Assembly: GCF_009914755.1 (NCBI RefSeq)
Contig: NC_060939.1
Reading direction: 5' to 3' (one strand)
DNA length: 64,000 nt
Origin: the human T2T-CHM13v2.0 reference genome, Homo sapiens
Part shown: positions 26,941 through 43,576 of the stretch, in pieces
How positions within the stretch are numbered: position 1 is the stretch's first letter
Layout of the letters: each line of letters begins with the position of its first letter
The notes under the pieces: model-generated
Database searches by the model: none
What the model saw: the letters and a program-made list of their open reading frames with translations, nothing else
Told to the model about the DNA's origin: nothing
Made by a program: the position numbers and the translations under genes

Positions 26941-27489
26941 AAACTGACATGCTAGCCCATAAGAGAAAAAAAAAAAAATAGAACAAATTTTCTCCAGGTT
27001 CACATCACCTTAAGACTGATAGGGAAATGGGTTTAGGAGTGTCATCAAGTGAGAGGAAGAAGCTCCTTAGGGAGGACAAGTGGACATTTCAGAGATTAAC
27101 CTCTTCAAACTCCTAAATAATCATTTCTTGGCATGTACCTTTAACCCTATAGTCCTTGACCCTTGAGTTGTTTTTTAAAACGGCATAGGAAGGCCCTTGT
27201 TTGTTGTTTGTTTCCATAGAAGACTTTGTCCTCTATGCAAGGTTCATTTTACCCCCATACGTGAAGAAATTAGGACTTCTAATTTTTCTGCAAAAAAAAA
27301 ATAATAAGAGTAATTTCAATCTGGGACCAGTTAAGTCTCCATATAAAACAGAGAAAGGACATCACCTCCCCACCTCCCTTTCTGATTGATCTGTTCCTAG
27401 GGCTTGAGACCTCCTAAGTGAGATTTCCTTGCAACACAATACAGATATCGGGAAATGACTTCTTCTGCCACTAAAATAGTGGATTGTGG

Positions 27490-28040
27490 TTGTGCCTCAG
27501 CAATGTTGAATCGTTTATGTGCTAGGCATTGGACAGGGGTTGGAGGAACAAAAATAAATAAAACACAGTCCCTACCCACAAGGATCTCACTCATCTAGGA
27601 TACAAAGACAAGTGAACATAATTAGAATATAACACTAAACTCAATGATAAAAATACACAGAGAGTGGGAGCAGAAAAGGTTCAAGCAAGACTCATGATTT
27701 CAAAGCAGTAATTTGTACTGCACCCCCAAATTCCTCACTTTCATTCAGTGAGGATCTGGAGACTGCCTGGAGTCCTCTAATTCACCGAGGAAAGAGCTGG
27801 GGATAAATATGTTAACTGAAGTATGATTTTCTCATAGTCAGAAACGCATCAGACATAAAAAGCAAGCTATTCAGAAACACAGGAGAGGAGTTTCAAGGAG
27901 AGGATGATAGGACATGTCAGATGGAGACGAGGTCAAGAAAAATTCAGACTGAAAGGATTGCTGCATTTGGCAGTAAAAAGGTCATTGCTGAGTTCAAGAC
28001 AGTCACTTCAGTAGAGTGATGAATACAAGATGCCAGGTTC
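27490..28040 (-). mobile_element. L2 fragments
   Basis: ttgaatcgtttatgtgctaggcatt...cacagtccctacccacaaggatctcac; gcatttggcagtaaaaaggtcattgctgag. Confidence 0.6.
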
Positions 28041-28184
28041 AAAGAAGATGTATGTAACAAGGAAATAAACACAGCAGGCACAGATGCTATTGTAGGTCGC
28101 TAATACAGAGGCATTCACTGTAAGTGAGTGCCACAGGAGGCAGCACAGGGGAATGTTTTCCTTGGGGACAGTAGCCCTTCCTGT

Positions 28185-28345
28185 GGGCAGAGGCTGAGCA
28201 TGTGAGCTCTCCAGTCACAAGCACCTGGGTTCAGGTTCCAGCTGTGCCACATAGGTAATCTAGCCACAGCAGGCCTCTGTCAAACGGGATCATCACAGCA
28301 CATACCTCATAGAAAAAAATACCTAGGATAGAGTAAATCCTCAGT
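28185..28345 (+). mobile_element. MIR
   Basis: cctgggttcaggttccagctgtgccac...ctgtcaaacgggatcat...tacctcatag. Confidence 0.65.
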
Positions 28346-28522
28346 GTAGAAACTGGAAAGGAGTCAGAGAAGCCACCATATGCCTTCAGTTCTAAAACTC
28401 CTATTTTAACATTTCTGAAATCAGGATACATTACAGTTTGTCAGCATTTTCCCCTCTTAGCAGAACATAAAATAATGACTCATGTAACAATCAATGACAT
28501 CTTAGGTTTAATGGAAGAGTTA

Positions 28523-29450
<928 letters not shown>

Positions 29451-30671
29451 GCCTTTTTGTTTAGTATTACAGATATTGGTGTAATTAGACATTTCGATTT
29501 GTTCCCTTAACTACTCACCAAAATTTTTTTATTTCATTAGAAATATAATGGAAAATTGAAGTTGATACCTTGAAATCTCTTAAGATTTACAGTGTATTTG
29601 GGGATTATTAGAACTGGACATGGAAATTAAAATCTCTGAAAAATCGCAGGTAACAGTAACACCAAAGTTGGGGAGACAGAGAAGAGTTTCAATTAAAAAA
29701 AAAAAGTTTTTTTCTGTGACATTGCTGAATTTGGTTTTCATATGATGTTCCAAATAAACACAACATTTGTACTGTTGACTAAACAGAGTCCCAACCAGAC
29801 TGAACACTTATTGTGCACAAGGACGGAACATTTTAGGGCTCCAATTAATCTAACTTGACCAACTAGATAAATAACAGGCTACTAAATATTTGATTTAATA
29901 TCATATAATTAGAAATATGGAATTGTTATGAAATATGCTGTTTGGTGTTATCTACTGTAGAAAACATAAATCACTAATATGAAATTTTGTGATACCCTCA
30001 TTGAGGATAATAGCACAATCACGGCCAGAGGTAGCACAGCTTTGATTATCCTATTATTCTCTATGGTGGATTCAATCAAAAGAGAATGTAAAATTAGGAA
30101 GCATAACTCTGAAATGGAATAGTGAATCCTCCACATAAGAACCTAGATTGGCTGCCAGATGCAAATAGCTGGAGTGATGAATGTGAAAAGATTAGTGGTC
30201 CAGATAAACCCCTGGACGCTGTTACTTTATAGTGCAAATAAATTAGGTTTTCTATAATTAATGTAAGTAGAAGGAATTGGATTTGGCCTCTTTAAAATCT
30301 TCTTGGCTTTATTCCACTGAGAAGTCATATGTGCTTCCTTCAACAGCTCCCAGGAACCTGGGGCCCATCCCTAGCTTCTTGCAGTAGGGGTCCCTTTGCC
30401 AGCTGGACAGGACCCAGCCAAGCCCACCAGACTTTCTCTCACCCACGGCCTACTTCTGCTCCATGGAAAACACATACCTTCTCTCCCTCACCACCAACAA
30501 ACTCCAGGATGCAGGCCAATTGCTAGGCAGTAACCCCTTTGCTGCCTCCATCAGCCAAGCAATCTTTCTCTGTCCTCTCAGATTCCCTGGGCAGGGTCAC
30601 CTCCCTGTCTCCTATGCCTGGCAGCAGCAGAGAGCACACAGCAAGTGCTCCAAGTAGTGCTGTTAAATCCC

Positions 30672-31510
30672 TGCATTAGCTGCTTCCCTTAGAAGCAGAC
30701 ACCGAGACAGTGACTCAAGGGCAAGTGTATTTAGAAGATGACCTCAGAAAATGCTGGTGGAGAGGTCGGAAGCCTAGGTGTGGCAGGTGCTGTGATGCAA
30801 TGGCCAGGCCCCTCAGGGAGGAAGGCTGGAGTGGTACCAGAGGAGCCCCAGCTGTAGACCCGCTTTGCAGATTACCTTGGCTGAAGAAAACTGTCTTTCC
30901 CGAGATCAGGCCCTCTTCCAGGTACAGTCTGCACCCAATGGCTATTCATTGGGGTTATAAACGCCCATCTCTCACCCCAACTTGGGTCATTCTGAAGAGC
31001 CATTCCAGCCCTAGAGCTCCCCAAGAGGTCGGCTTAGGCCTCTATTTGGACTGCATTACAGCCCAATTTTTTCCCTCTGCCCCCTGCTGCCTCCCCCTCC
31101 CTTCCACAGGTGTTGATCCCAAAAGAAGGCCCCAGTAATCATCCTGCATGCTGCTTCCTGGTGAGCCCAACCTGTGACTACAGGACAGAGAAGGAAGCTG
31201 ATACAGAGTATGTTATCAAGCAAATTCCACTATGGGTATCTGGAGCTCTATCCCACCAGAAAACTTTGAGAAACAGCACAGAACAAGTGCCTCAGAGTTA
31301 TCCCATCCAAGGCATGAAGGGGTAGAGGTATTCACTAGCTGAGGACATAATTCCTTTACACAACTGGCTGGCTCACCCCATGCACAGACAGAGCAGGCTG
31401 CAGCTGCCACAGAAAGCCTCAGGCAAAAAGTCACTGGTTGGGTGGGAGTCGGGCTGGAGTGCATGGAAACAAGAGATGCCAATGGATCTGGGCAGGCCCT
31501 TATCGAGTCA
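30672..31510 (-). mobile_element. LTR33 (ERVL), split by a nested LTR16
   Basis: cccttagaagcagacaccgagac...; gttatcaagcaaattccactatggg...cctcagagttatcccatcc. Confidence 0.7.
30779..31179 (+). mobile_element. LTR16-family LTR nested in LTR33
   Basis: tgtggcaggtgctg...cccttccacaggtgttgatccc...gcccaacctgtgac; its 3' part resembles the 7172-7601 LTR. Confidence 0.7.
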
Positions 31511-31669
31511 GCTTCCAGCCACCTGCTCCAATTTAGGCCTGAGAGGAATCATCCTCCCAAACGAATGATGCCATGGGCCCAGAAGGAAGGGGGGACCAGA
31601 AATGAGAGAGTCTAAGAAATACCTACCACAGTAGAAGAGATCTGGGCTTGGAACACAAAGATTGGTCAC

Positions 31670-31850
31670 ACAGCAAGCATTTATTGAGTGAATAATACCT
31701 GCCAGACACTCTACTAAGCTATTCTCCCTCATGAACTCATTTAATCACAATTCTAATTCTATGGGTTATTTCTATGTAACAGAAGAGAAACTGAACCTTA
31801 AATGGGGGAACCTTCTGCCAGTTAGTAACTTAATCCCAAATCCAACACCA
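31670..31850 (-). mobile_element. MIR
   Basis: gcatttattgagtg...tgccagacact...ctcatttaatc...gaaactga. Confidence 0.6.
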
Positions 31851-31888
31851 AAACCATATCCCAAAAAAAGGGATTTTTTTTAAGTAAA

Positions 31889-32551
31889 TTTTTTTTCTTC
31901 AACTTTTAAGTTCAGGGGTACATGTGCAGGATGTGCAGGTTTGTTACATAGGTCAACATGTGCCATGGTGGTTTTATGCACAGATCAACAACACCTAGGT
32001 ATTAAGCCCAGCATCCATTAGCTATTCTTCTTGATGCTCTCCCTACCCACCACCCCCACAGCAGGCCCTAGTGTGTATCGTTCCCCCTCACTATGTCCAT
32101 GTGTTCTCATCATTCAGCTCCCAATTATAAGTGAGAATATGTGGTGCTTGGTTTTCTGTTCCTGCGTTAGTTTGCCGAGGATAACAGCTTACAGCTCCAT
32201 CCATGTCCCTGCAAAGGACATGATCTCATTCCTTTTTATGGTTGCATAGTAGTCCATGGTGTACATGTACCACATTTTCTTTATCCAATCTGTTATTGAT
32301 GGGCATTTGGGTTGATTCCATGTCTTTGCAGTTGTGAATAGTGCTTCAGTGAACATACACGTGCATGTGTCTTTACAATAGAATGATTTCTATTCCTTTG
32401 GTTATATACCCAATAATGAGACTGCTGGGTCAAATGATATTTCTGCTTCTAGATCTTTGAGGAAATTGCCTTTCCTTTTTCTCTGCAACCTCAACAGCAT
32501 CTGTTGTTTCTTGACTTTTTAATAATTGCCATTCTGACTGGCATGAGATGG
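31889..32551 (-). mobile_element. L1PA11-13-like 3' end with an internal deletion near 32470
   Basis: caacttttaagttcaggggtacatgtgcaggatgtgcagg...ctaggtattaagcccagcatccattagctatt. Confidence 0.88.
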
Positions 32552-33599
32552 CTGTGCTGAAACCATATTCTTAACCAGACTACAACTATCACATCTCTCT
32601 AGGAGCAAGAGATAGATTTCTCCAAAAAGGAATGTCTTTAGTGAGTCTTAGGAGCAAAAGGCACTATCCACAAAGCTAAGCATCATCCACGATTTGGGAG
32701 CTGGGCGTTCATTGCTCAGTTTATTCATTTGTTTTGTTTTTAATCTTCTCTATTACAAAAGTTGGAGTATGCCTGTGTACACTTCAAAACATCCAGCCAT
32801 CTGGGAATACTTACATATTTGACATTAATTAATGCAATTAGTCTAACAAGCAAAAACTTTGGGAACTGGTCCATTTACAATCCCCAGTCTTTCCCAAGCT
32901 ATTTGTAATCAGAGTTTAACATTTACATTTCTAAAGAAGCACCAAAACGCAACAGATACTAAATGCCAAAGAGAAGGTCACACCAAAAGGCAGATTTTTT
33001 AAGGAAAATGGAAGAAAGACAATTGAAAGTTCTAAAATCCACAAGGAGAATATAAAAATATAGGAAGAATCAAAAATAAAGATTTGATGAAGACAATTTT
33101 CTTCAGCAAATGGTTCTATGAAACCCTTCCCTCCACCCTGGGGAGCGAGGGTGTTACTGGCTAGCTACCCCCAAGCCTGTTAAAGCAGGTTTAACAGGGC
33201 CACTTGAAGAGATGCATTGTGTCACCTGCTGGTGCCCAGTAGAATAAGAGAGGTCTGACTCCTGCCAGGGAAGTCTAATGAGTGATGTTTCTTTGCTAAT
33301 GAAATTTGCACAAAAAATAAATGACTTTCTCATGAGCCAGGGGTAGGGGTGATCTGTAGATGAGGGAAAGCCCAGATAGCCCCATCGTGGGTCATGGCTG
33401 ACAGGGCCACAGAGTGATGAAGGAAACTGCGCAGGCAGAAGCTGTGCATGCACAGTGGCCTCTTGGGGGCTGTGGAAGCAGGCTCATGTACCCTCCTACT
33501 AGAGTTGTATTGGCAGGGTCCAGGAGGCTGAAGACAAAGACAGGCTGAGTCCAGTGACAGGTGCCTTTAAATAACCCACAGGTTAAACACCTGCCACCC

Positions 33600-34345
33600 A
33601 AGAGCTCCACCTGAGATGACAGCATTTCCTGAGTCTCTTTCCTCTAATCCTCTCACCACCCAACCTCCGGATCCCATCCAGGAGGGAGCAGAAACTTTGC
33701 TTAACAAACTGAGGTTAGGAGTAATGCAAAGCAGAAGAAAAGTAAAGAGCTATGTCTCCATTTCCCCTTGCAAGTAGCCACCTTGGAAGGTGGGGAGAGA
33801 AAATGTCATACCATAATAAGCATGTATTGCCACTAGTTCAAATTATTTTATTTTTTTAAAGAGACAAGGTCTTGCTCTGTCACCCAGGCTGCAGTGCAGT
33901 GGCACAATCATAGCCCACTGCAGCCTCAAACTTGTGGGCTCAAATGTTCCTCCCCCTCAGCCTCCATAGTATCTAGGACTACAGGAGTACACCACCATGA
34001 CTGGCTAATTTTTTTTTTAATTTTTTGTAGAGATGGGGTCTGTGTGCCCAGGCTGGTTTTGAACTCTTGGCCTCAAGAGTGAACTCTAGTGCCTCAGCCT
34101 CCCACAGCACTAGGATTACAGGGGTTAACCACCACCGCACCTGACCTATTTTTACATTTTAAATTGTCAGAGTTGTTATTTATTCCCTAGCACTAAGCAC
34201 TCTAACTGCCGAATTCTGATTGTGTTGGCAACTTAAAGCAACTGTGACATTGTTATTTCCTGAGACTAACCAAAGAGTCAAGGGTCAGCCAGAGTTTTCA
34301 TGCAGTGGCAGGCAAAGATGACTCCCACTCAATAAATGTCATGAG
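33600..34345 (+). mobile_element. Possible old LTR (LTR78-like), interrupted by AluJ
   Basis: Weak resemblance: ttatttcctgagactaaccaaagag...ctcccactcaataaa. Confidence 0.3.
33845..34146 (-). mobile_element. AluJ
   Basis: gcacaatcatagcccactgcagcctcaaact is J-type; T-rich tail on the left. Confidence 0.92.
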
Positions 34346-34991
34346 GATGTGGGACAACAAGGTTGTGTCCCAATCACAGGCCACCTCCCACAGGTTAGGC
34401 TCAACTTACCAGCTCCATTCCAGCCTACAACATTCTCACTGGCAGTCTCCCCAGCTTCTAAGAACTATAGGAAAAACTGCTATAAAATATTTATGAACGG
34501 TAGCTGGTTTTCACTTCCAAATCTTTCTTGTTGACTTTAAAAAGAAATGTAAGCCGCTACATGTCTAAACTGATGGTGCTCTCAACCACCTACCTTCAAG
34601 AGCTAAAAAAAATGAACACAAGAGGGAGTGACAGAAGACCAAATCAAGCTACAGACTGAGAATGGCAGGCCAAGGTAAAGGAATGTATTCTTCTCCCCTG
34701 GCCAAGATCCCCAGGCTTTAGGAGATGTGTCAGGCTCTACCAAAAGCCCTGGGGAAGAACCTGTTCCTTTCTTCCTCCTCTGACATCAGGATTGAGAAAA
34801 TTCTTAAATGTTCTTTTCTGGTAAACCATCAAGGGTTAGAACATCTTCCCAGGACTGGGGTTTCAGGCTCAAAAAAAAAAAAAAGAAAGAGAGAAAGAAA
34901 AAAGTCAAGGAAACATTTATTTACACAGGGCCACAAAACCAGAGAAAAAAACCGAAAGGGTGAAAATACAAGAGTTAAGAGAGCAGAAGTA

Positions 34992-35562
34992 GGGATCTAG
35001 AACTAGAAATACCATTTGACCCAGCCATCCCATTACTGGGTATATACCCAAAGGACTATAAATCATGCTGCTATAAAGACACATGCACACGTATGTTTAT
35101 GGCGGCACTATTCACAATAGCAAAGACTTGGAACCAACCCAAATGTCCAACAATGATAGACTGGATTAAGAAAATGTGGCACATATACACCATGGAATAC
35201 TATGCAGCCATAAAAAATGATGAGTTCATGTCCTTTGTAGGGACATGGATGAAATTGGAAATCATCATTCTCAGTAAACTATCACAAGAACAAAAAACCA
35301 AACACCGCATATTCTCACTCATAGGTGGGAACTGAACAATGAGATCACATGGACACAAGAAGGGGAACATCACACTCTGGGGACTGTTGTGGGGTGGGGG
35401 GAGGGGGGAGGGATAGCTTTAGGAGATATACCTAATGCTAAATGACGAGTTAATGGGTGCAGCGCACCAGCATGACACATGTATACATATGTAACTAACC
35501 TGCACATTGTGCACATGTACCCTAAAACTTAAAGTATAATAATAATAAAATAAAAATAAAAA
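34992..35562 (+). mobile_element. 5'-truncated L1PA2/PA3-like
   Basis: TSD agagcagaagta at 34980-34991 and 35563-35574; ORF2 C-terminus ...KTKHRIFSLIGGN; GAG (not ACA/ACG) at the L1HS-diagnostic site. Confidence 0.93.
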
Positions 35563-36528
35563 AGAGCAGAAGTAAATAAAGTATCAGCTTACTTTCAGGG
35601 TTTTAAGTGGAAGGAGAGGAAAATAAGATCTATATAAAAGAGATTTTTAAAAAGAAGTAGACGGTAAATTCTAAAATATAAGCAAACTACTGTGATGCTC
35701 TGAGATTCTGAATGCTTATCATTTCTTATTGAAATCCTAATTAACTGATAAATCACAATTCAGAGCTTATCAGCTGTTCTTTATCTGTTAAAAGTAATCC
35801 ATGAGGAAATGTTAGCTCATTACTATGTACAGGGTCCAAACAAGTGACATTTCAGAGGCTAATCAACATGGAAGGGGGGTGGGGGACATGTGCCCAATTC
35901 CACTACAGAAAAATCGCTAAGCTTATGACCCCAATAATTGTTTTGCAAATCATGGAGTGGTTCTTTGTTATAGTGATGGGTAAAACCTCACTATCTACAT
36001 CTAGATCTGGGACATCTGGCTACCCTAACTAACCTTGTCCATTAGGCAGAGCATAAATCACAGGCCAGGGAGCTATGAGCAGTGAAAGGCACAAAGTTAT
36101 GAAAATTTATGGCCTTCCAAACATAAGCAAGGGACTACTTCCATGTATACTGTTTTATTTTTAGATCATCTCCCAGCCACTTCTCCATTATGGTTTGAAA
36201 TTAGGGAACAGCAAGTTTGACACATTTGGTTACTGATAGCTAAAGCTCATCTTTAAAACAACATTCAAAAAAGGAGACAAAATCCTCGCTTCTGCTAATA
36301 ACAAATATCATTTATCAAAGAAATGGTTTACTATTAAAACCATTCTAGGAATTGGTCCTTGACCCAGCTGATTGGCCTATACATAAAAAGACCCAGAGCA
36401 AACGGTCACAGGAAATAGTAATAGGTAATATTATTTTAAACTGTCAAAAATAATAAATTATCAAAAGAAAAAACAGATTATGAATATTGAGTGGGAAAGC
36501 AAATTGCAAAATTGAATATATAGTGTGA

Positions 36529-36859
<331 letters not shown>

Positions 36860-36868
36860 TAATGAGAT

Positions 36869-36909
<41 letters not shown>

Positions 36910-36932
36910 TATACACACACACACATATATGT
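36869..36932. repeat. Compound (TA)n(CA)n microsatellite
   Basis: Directly visible. Confidence 0.9.
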
Positions 36933-37370
36933 ATACAAGTGAGAAAAAGAGACTGATAATTGCCTGGAATACTTAATAAAGGTCACCTCTACAGTGTGTA
37001 CTCCTGAATGCTTGGGTTTTACGCCTTTTTTATATATATATATAAGCAGTCATTTATTTCTTAATTTTTTTAACTAATGAAAATACTTTTTAAAATATGC
37101 TTCCTGAGCCTTGCTAGCATGCAAGCTTTGACAGTTTTCTCCCCAGCCATGATAAGAGGACATACACATAGTTTATGAAGAAAATTAGACAATTTATTTA
37201 AAGCACCTAACTCCACGTGTCGAATAGCAGATGTTGTATCATCAGAGGCTACTAGTTTTATCGGCTTACAATATTTTCTAAAACAAAGGATTCAAATTGA
37301 AATAATATTGCAGATTGTCATTTACTTTCATGTCTATATGAAATCCTTTACAAATAAAAATAAGAATCTT

Positions 37371-37743
<373 letters not shown>

Positions 37744-37879
37744 TTACAACATTCTGTTCCTTTTGATATTTATTGACTTTTTACAAGATCATTGTACAAA
37801 GTAAAATTTTAGAAACACTATTTCCTAAATCATAATCCCAACTCCAAGTTCTCCTTCCCCTTACCTCCTTCAAGAGCTA

Positions 37880-39115
37880 AAAAGAAAAAAAAAAACACAC
37901 ATCTTCTTCAGTCATGCAACCCTCTCAACCTACCTCCCTATAGCTCTTCCCTATCACTGCCAACTTTCTTAAGCAAATTAGATTATCTCTACTTTCTTAT
38001 GCCAATTGACTCCTGAACTCACCACAGTAAGACTTCAAACACCCCATCCCCAACACTCCAGCATTACCTAACAAAGTCATTGGTGACCTCCATCATCAAA
38101 TTCAATGTACACCCTTGACCTTGCTAGGATTTTGGACCTCTCTGCTGTATATGACACCACCAGCTGCCTCATTCTCCTGGCAACTCTTATTTCTTGACTC
38201 CCCTATGGCAGCTTTCTCCTTTCATCTTCCTCCTTGCTCCCTCTGTTTCATTTGTTGACTCAACTCCCCTGCCTCTGAGTGCTCTCAGATGTTGACACTC
38301 TCTCGGTTCTGTCATTCCAGATGATAATGTCAGTAATACAGCAGATCACTTTGCTGCTTCATTAAACACTCCCAACAACCTGCTCCTGCTTCTCTTTGAC
38401 AGAATAAACAGTCCAGCCCCTTGGCTTCAATTGGGATATCTCTGAAGCGGGACGTACACTGTCTCCAGAGCACCCCTTGGGCTTGAGGCAAAGTCGACCT
38501 CCGTGGAACTTTGCTTAACATTGCATTCCTTGCTTGACTTCCTTCCTTTTCCTGGCCCATTTTCTTCTTCCCTACTTGTCTTGCTAATTAAATCACTTTT
38601 GCACGAATCTTCATCTCTAGGACTGCCCCTGAGGAACCCAACCTAAAGCAGACATTGGAAATCTCCTCTCATATGGCTCACTTTCTCTGGGTGATTATAT
38701 TTATGTACACAACTTCATCTCCTCCCTATATGCTGCCGTCTTCTAAATAGTCATATTAAGCCCTATCCTCTTTCCTGAGCTTAGACCTGTAAACTGAGCT
38801 GTCTAATGGGAGACCTCAAACCTGATGGCCTCCAGACAACTTAAACCCAGCACACGTTTGAAATTGAGCTCATCACCCAGCATGAATGGCCTCTTTTTGT
38901 ATCCTCCTCTTATGACAAAGTCACACAAACATCCTCCCACCAGGACCAGCCAGGAACCTAGGACTGACCTCAAATCTCTTTCTCCCCCATCCCCCCACAT
39001 CTAACTGGGATCAAGTCCTGTGAGTTCTAATTCTTTAATACCTGTCCTATTAGTCCCCTTATCTCTGTCTCAACTGCCATTGCCTTGGTCAGGTCCCACG
39101 AGCTGTTTCCTAGTC
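37880..39115 (+). mobile_element. L2 fragments, interrupted by an LTR16-like element
   Basis: aaagtcattggtgacctcc...gacctctctgctgtatatgacac; ctctttcctgagcttagacc...aaattgagctcatc. Confidence 0.6.
38328..38650 (+). mobile_element. LTR16-family LTR
   Basis: tacactgtctccagagcacccc...aattaaatcacttttgcacgaatcttcatctc...ggaacccaacctaaagca. Confidence 0.65.
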
Positions 39116-39129
39116 TCCCGCAATGGAGA

Positions 39130-41359
<2,230 letters not shown>

Positions 41360-41596
41360 AAGAATCACTGGTACTTTGTGTTAAAAATACGAATATTTCT
41401 ATTATTGTTGTTTTATTGTCTTCTAGTTTATGGCAGCAGCTAATATTGGGGATGAGGGTCTCAGGGCATTACATGCCAATTCAGGAGAGGCCAAAGATCT
41501 GGTCTGCCTGAGGCACAAAAGCAGGACCTCAGTGACTCAAACACACAGAGATCAGCGATAGCTCCAGTTTAATTCTTCAGGAAGAGCAGAAGGTTC

Positions 41597-41673
41597 TTAG
41601 GAACCATAGGGAATTGCCATTTCATATACGAAAAACAGGTGAATTACTGCAATTTCACCTGGTTCAATCTGAT
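41597..41673. mobile_element. MADE2-like mariner MITE
   Basis: Degenerate TIRs ttagg..aaccatagggaattgcc and gcaatttcacctggttcaatctgata, ~80 bp apart. Confidence 0.55.
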
Positions 41674-42817
41674 ACTTTAATATAATACATAGAAATGAGA
41701 TGTGTTTTACACAAGAAAAATACTATCTTTAAACCTATTTTGTTAAGGAACTTTAAAAAGTGGCCCCTCTTTATTAAAGAATGTTAAGATTTTTCAAAGC
41801 CGTGTTCCTGTAGCTATCTGTCATATTCCATCTTCGTCAAGATTAAGACACTCAGTCATCAGCCTCATCGGAGTCTTCAGGCAAACTCGAGTCTAAGCTT
41901 CTGCTTCTCCAGTCTTCACTGGACAGGTTTCCTTGGGTCTCTGCCATGATACTTGTAACCACCAACTGCTTAATTTTAACCCCTACATTGCAGAGTTTCT
42001 AGCTTCTAAACCTAACTTGGGCATTAAAATTTTAAAGGAGACGCTTCTCCCTGCAGATATTCTTTTAAAAAGCTGATGACAGTGTCCATTTTCACCCACA
42101 CAGCCGTATCAGCAGGTTTTCTGGTCTATTTTGATGATGTATGGCAACAACAGTGGCAACAGTTGGTGCAAAAACATCTCTTTCTCACACACAAAAAAAC
42201 AGACTGATAAAAAAAAGAGAGAGAGAGCTTCTAGCTGGGATGCAGAAGATGCAGGGTGTTCAAACAACCAGATGTTCCAATTGTGAGACAACTTGGTTTT
42301 CATTATCATATCTTGTGTGCTCCCACTCCAAGCGAGGGAGAGAATCCAAAAGTTCAAACTCAGTTCATGGCTTCCGGTTGACTGTCAGGAAAGGGGAACA
42401 TTTTCAAATGATTTCCCTGTGTGGCATCATTCATATTTCTAATCCAGAACACCAGGCACTTTTGGCGGATTCAACAATAAATGGCATTTTAGGAAACTGA
42501 AAATGTAAGTCAAACGCGAGTAATAGGTCTAAGGACTACACAGACACATTAAGAGGTAGAGCAAGGCTCTTAGTTTGGGAGACGTTAAATAAAGAGTTGG
42601 GGTGAGGAATATTTCCTCTCCTATCTTAAGGCACTGATGAGTTGGACTGAAAAGACAGCCGGGATAGAAGGAGTAACATTAATATTTAGTGGCCCAACTC
42701 CAGTGTCCAAGCTAACAACAAGGAGATTGGTTGGCAGCAATCCCAAAAGGTTTGGCCTGGTCAGCTCACATCATCAGAAAAGATGGCAGCAGTAGAATCC
42801 TTGTTGTCCCACCATGA

Positions 42818-43267
<450 letters not shown>

Positions 43268-43487
43268 CTTAAGACTATTTTTATCCCTGTTTTTTTTTTG
43301 TTTTACTAACTTCTTCCCCTTCTGATCAAAGGGGCTTCTGACCACTATGGTCCCAAAGTGTGTGCCACAACAACACACTGATGTGCCACAAATAAGGTAC
43401 ATGGATGCCAGTGTATTGATCCTTTCAGCCCTCAGTGTCTGAGTAGAGCCCAGGGCCACCAGAGCCCTCAGGCCAGTCACCTCTGGC

Positions 43488-43576
43488 TAGAGTAAACAGC
43501 TATCTTGGTTTGCCTGGGACCTTCAGTTTTAAAGTCAGAAATGTCCCAGGCAAACCAGGACCAGTTTGTCACCCTA
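43488..43576. mobile_element. MER94/MER81-like hAT-Blackjack MITE
   Basis: Palindromic tggtttgcctgggac...gtcccaggcaaacca; terminus gtcacccta. Confidence 0.7.

Noticed and set aside
31850-31890. Second possible 3' transduction next to the L1PA11-13 tail
   Set aside because: The TSD is only a 9-bp partial match (aaaccatat) and the extra sequence is low-complexity, so it cannot be told apart from tail decay.
41634-41664. Hairpin caggtgaatt...aatttcacctg as a structured RNA
   Set aside because: It lies inside a degenerate MADE2-like MITE and is too short to support an RNA gene.
43488-43576. Long palindrome as a miRNA-like precursor
   Set aside because: Explained by the inverted repeats of a MER94/MER81-like MITE.
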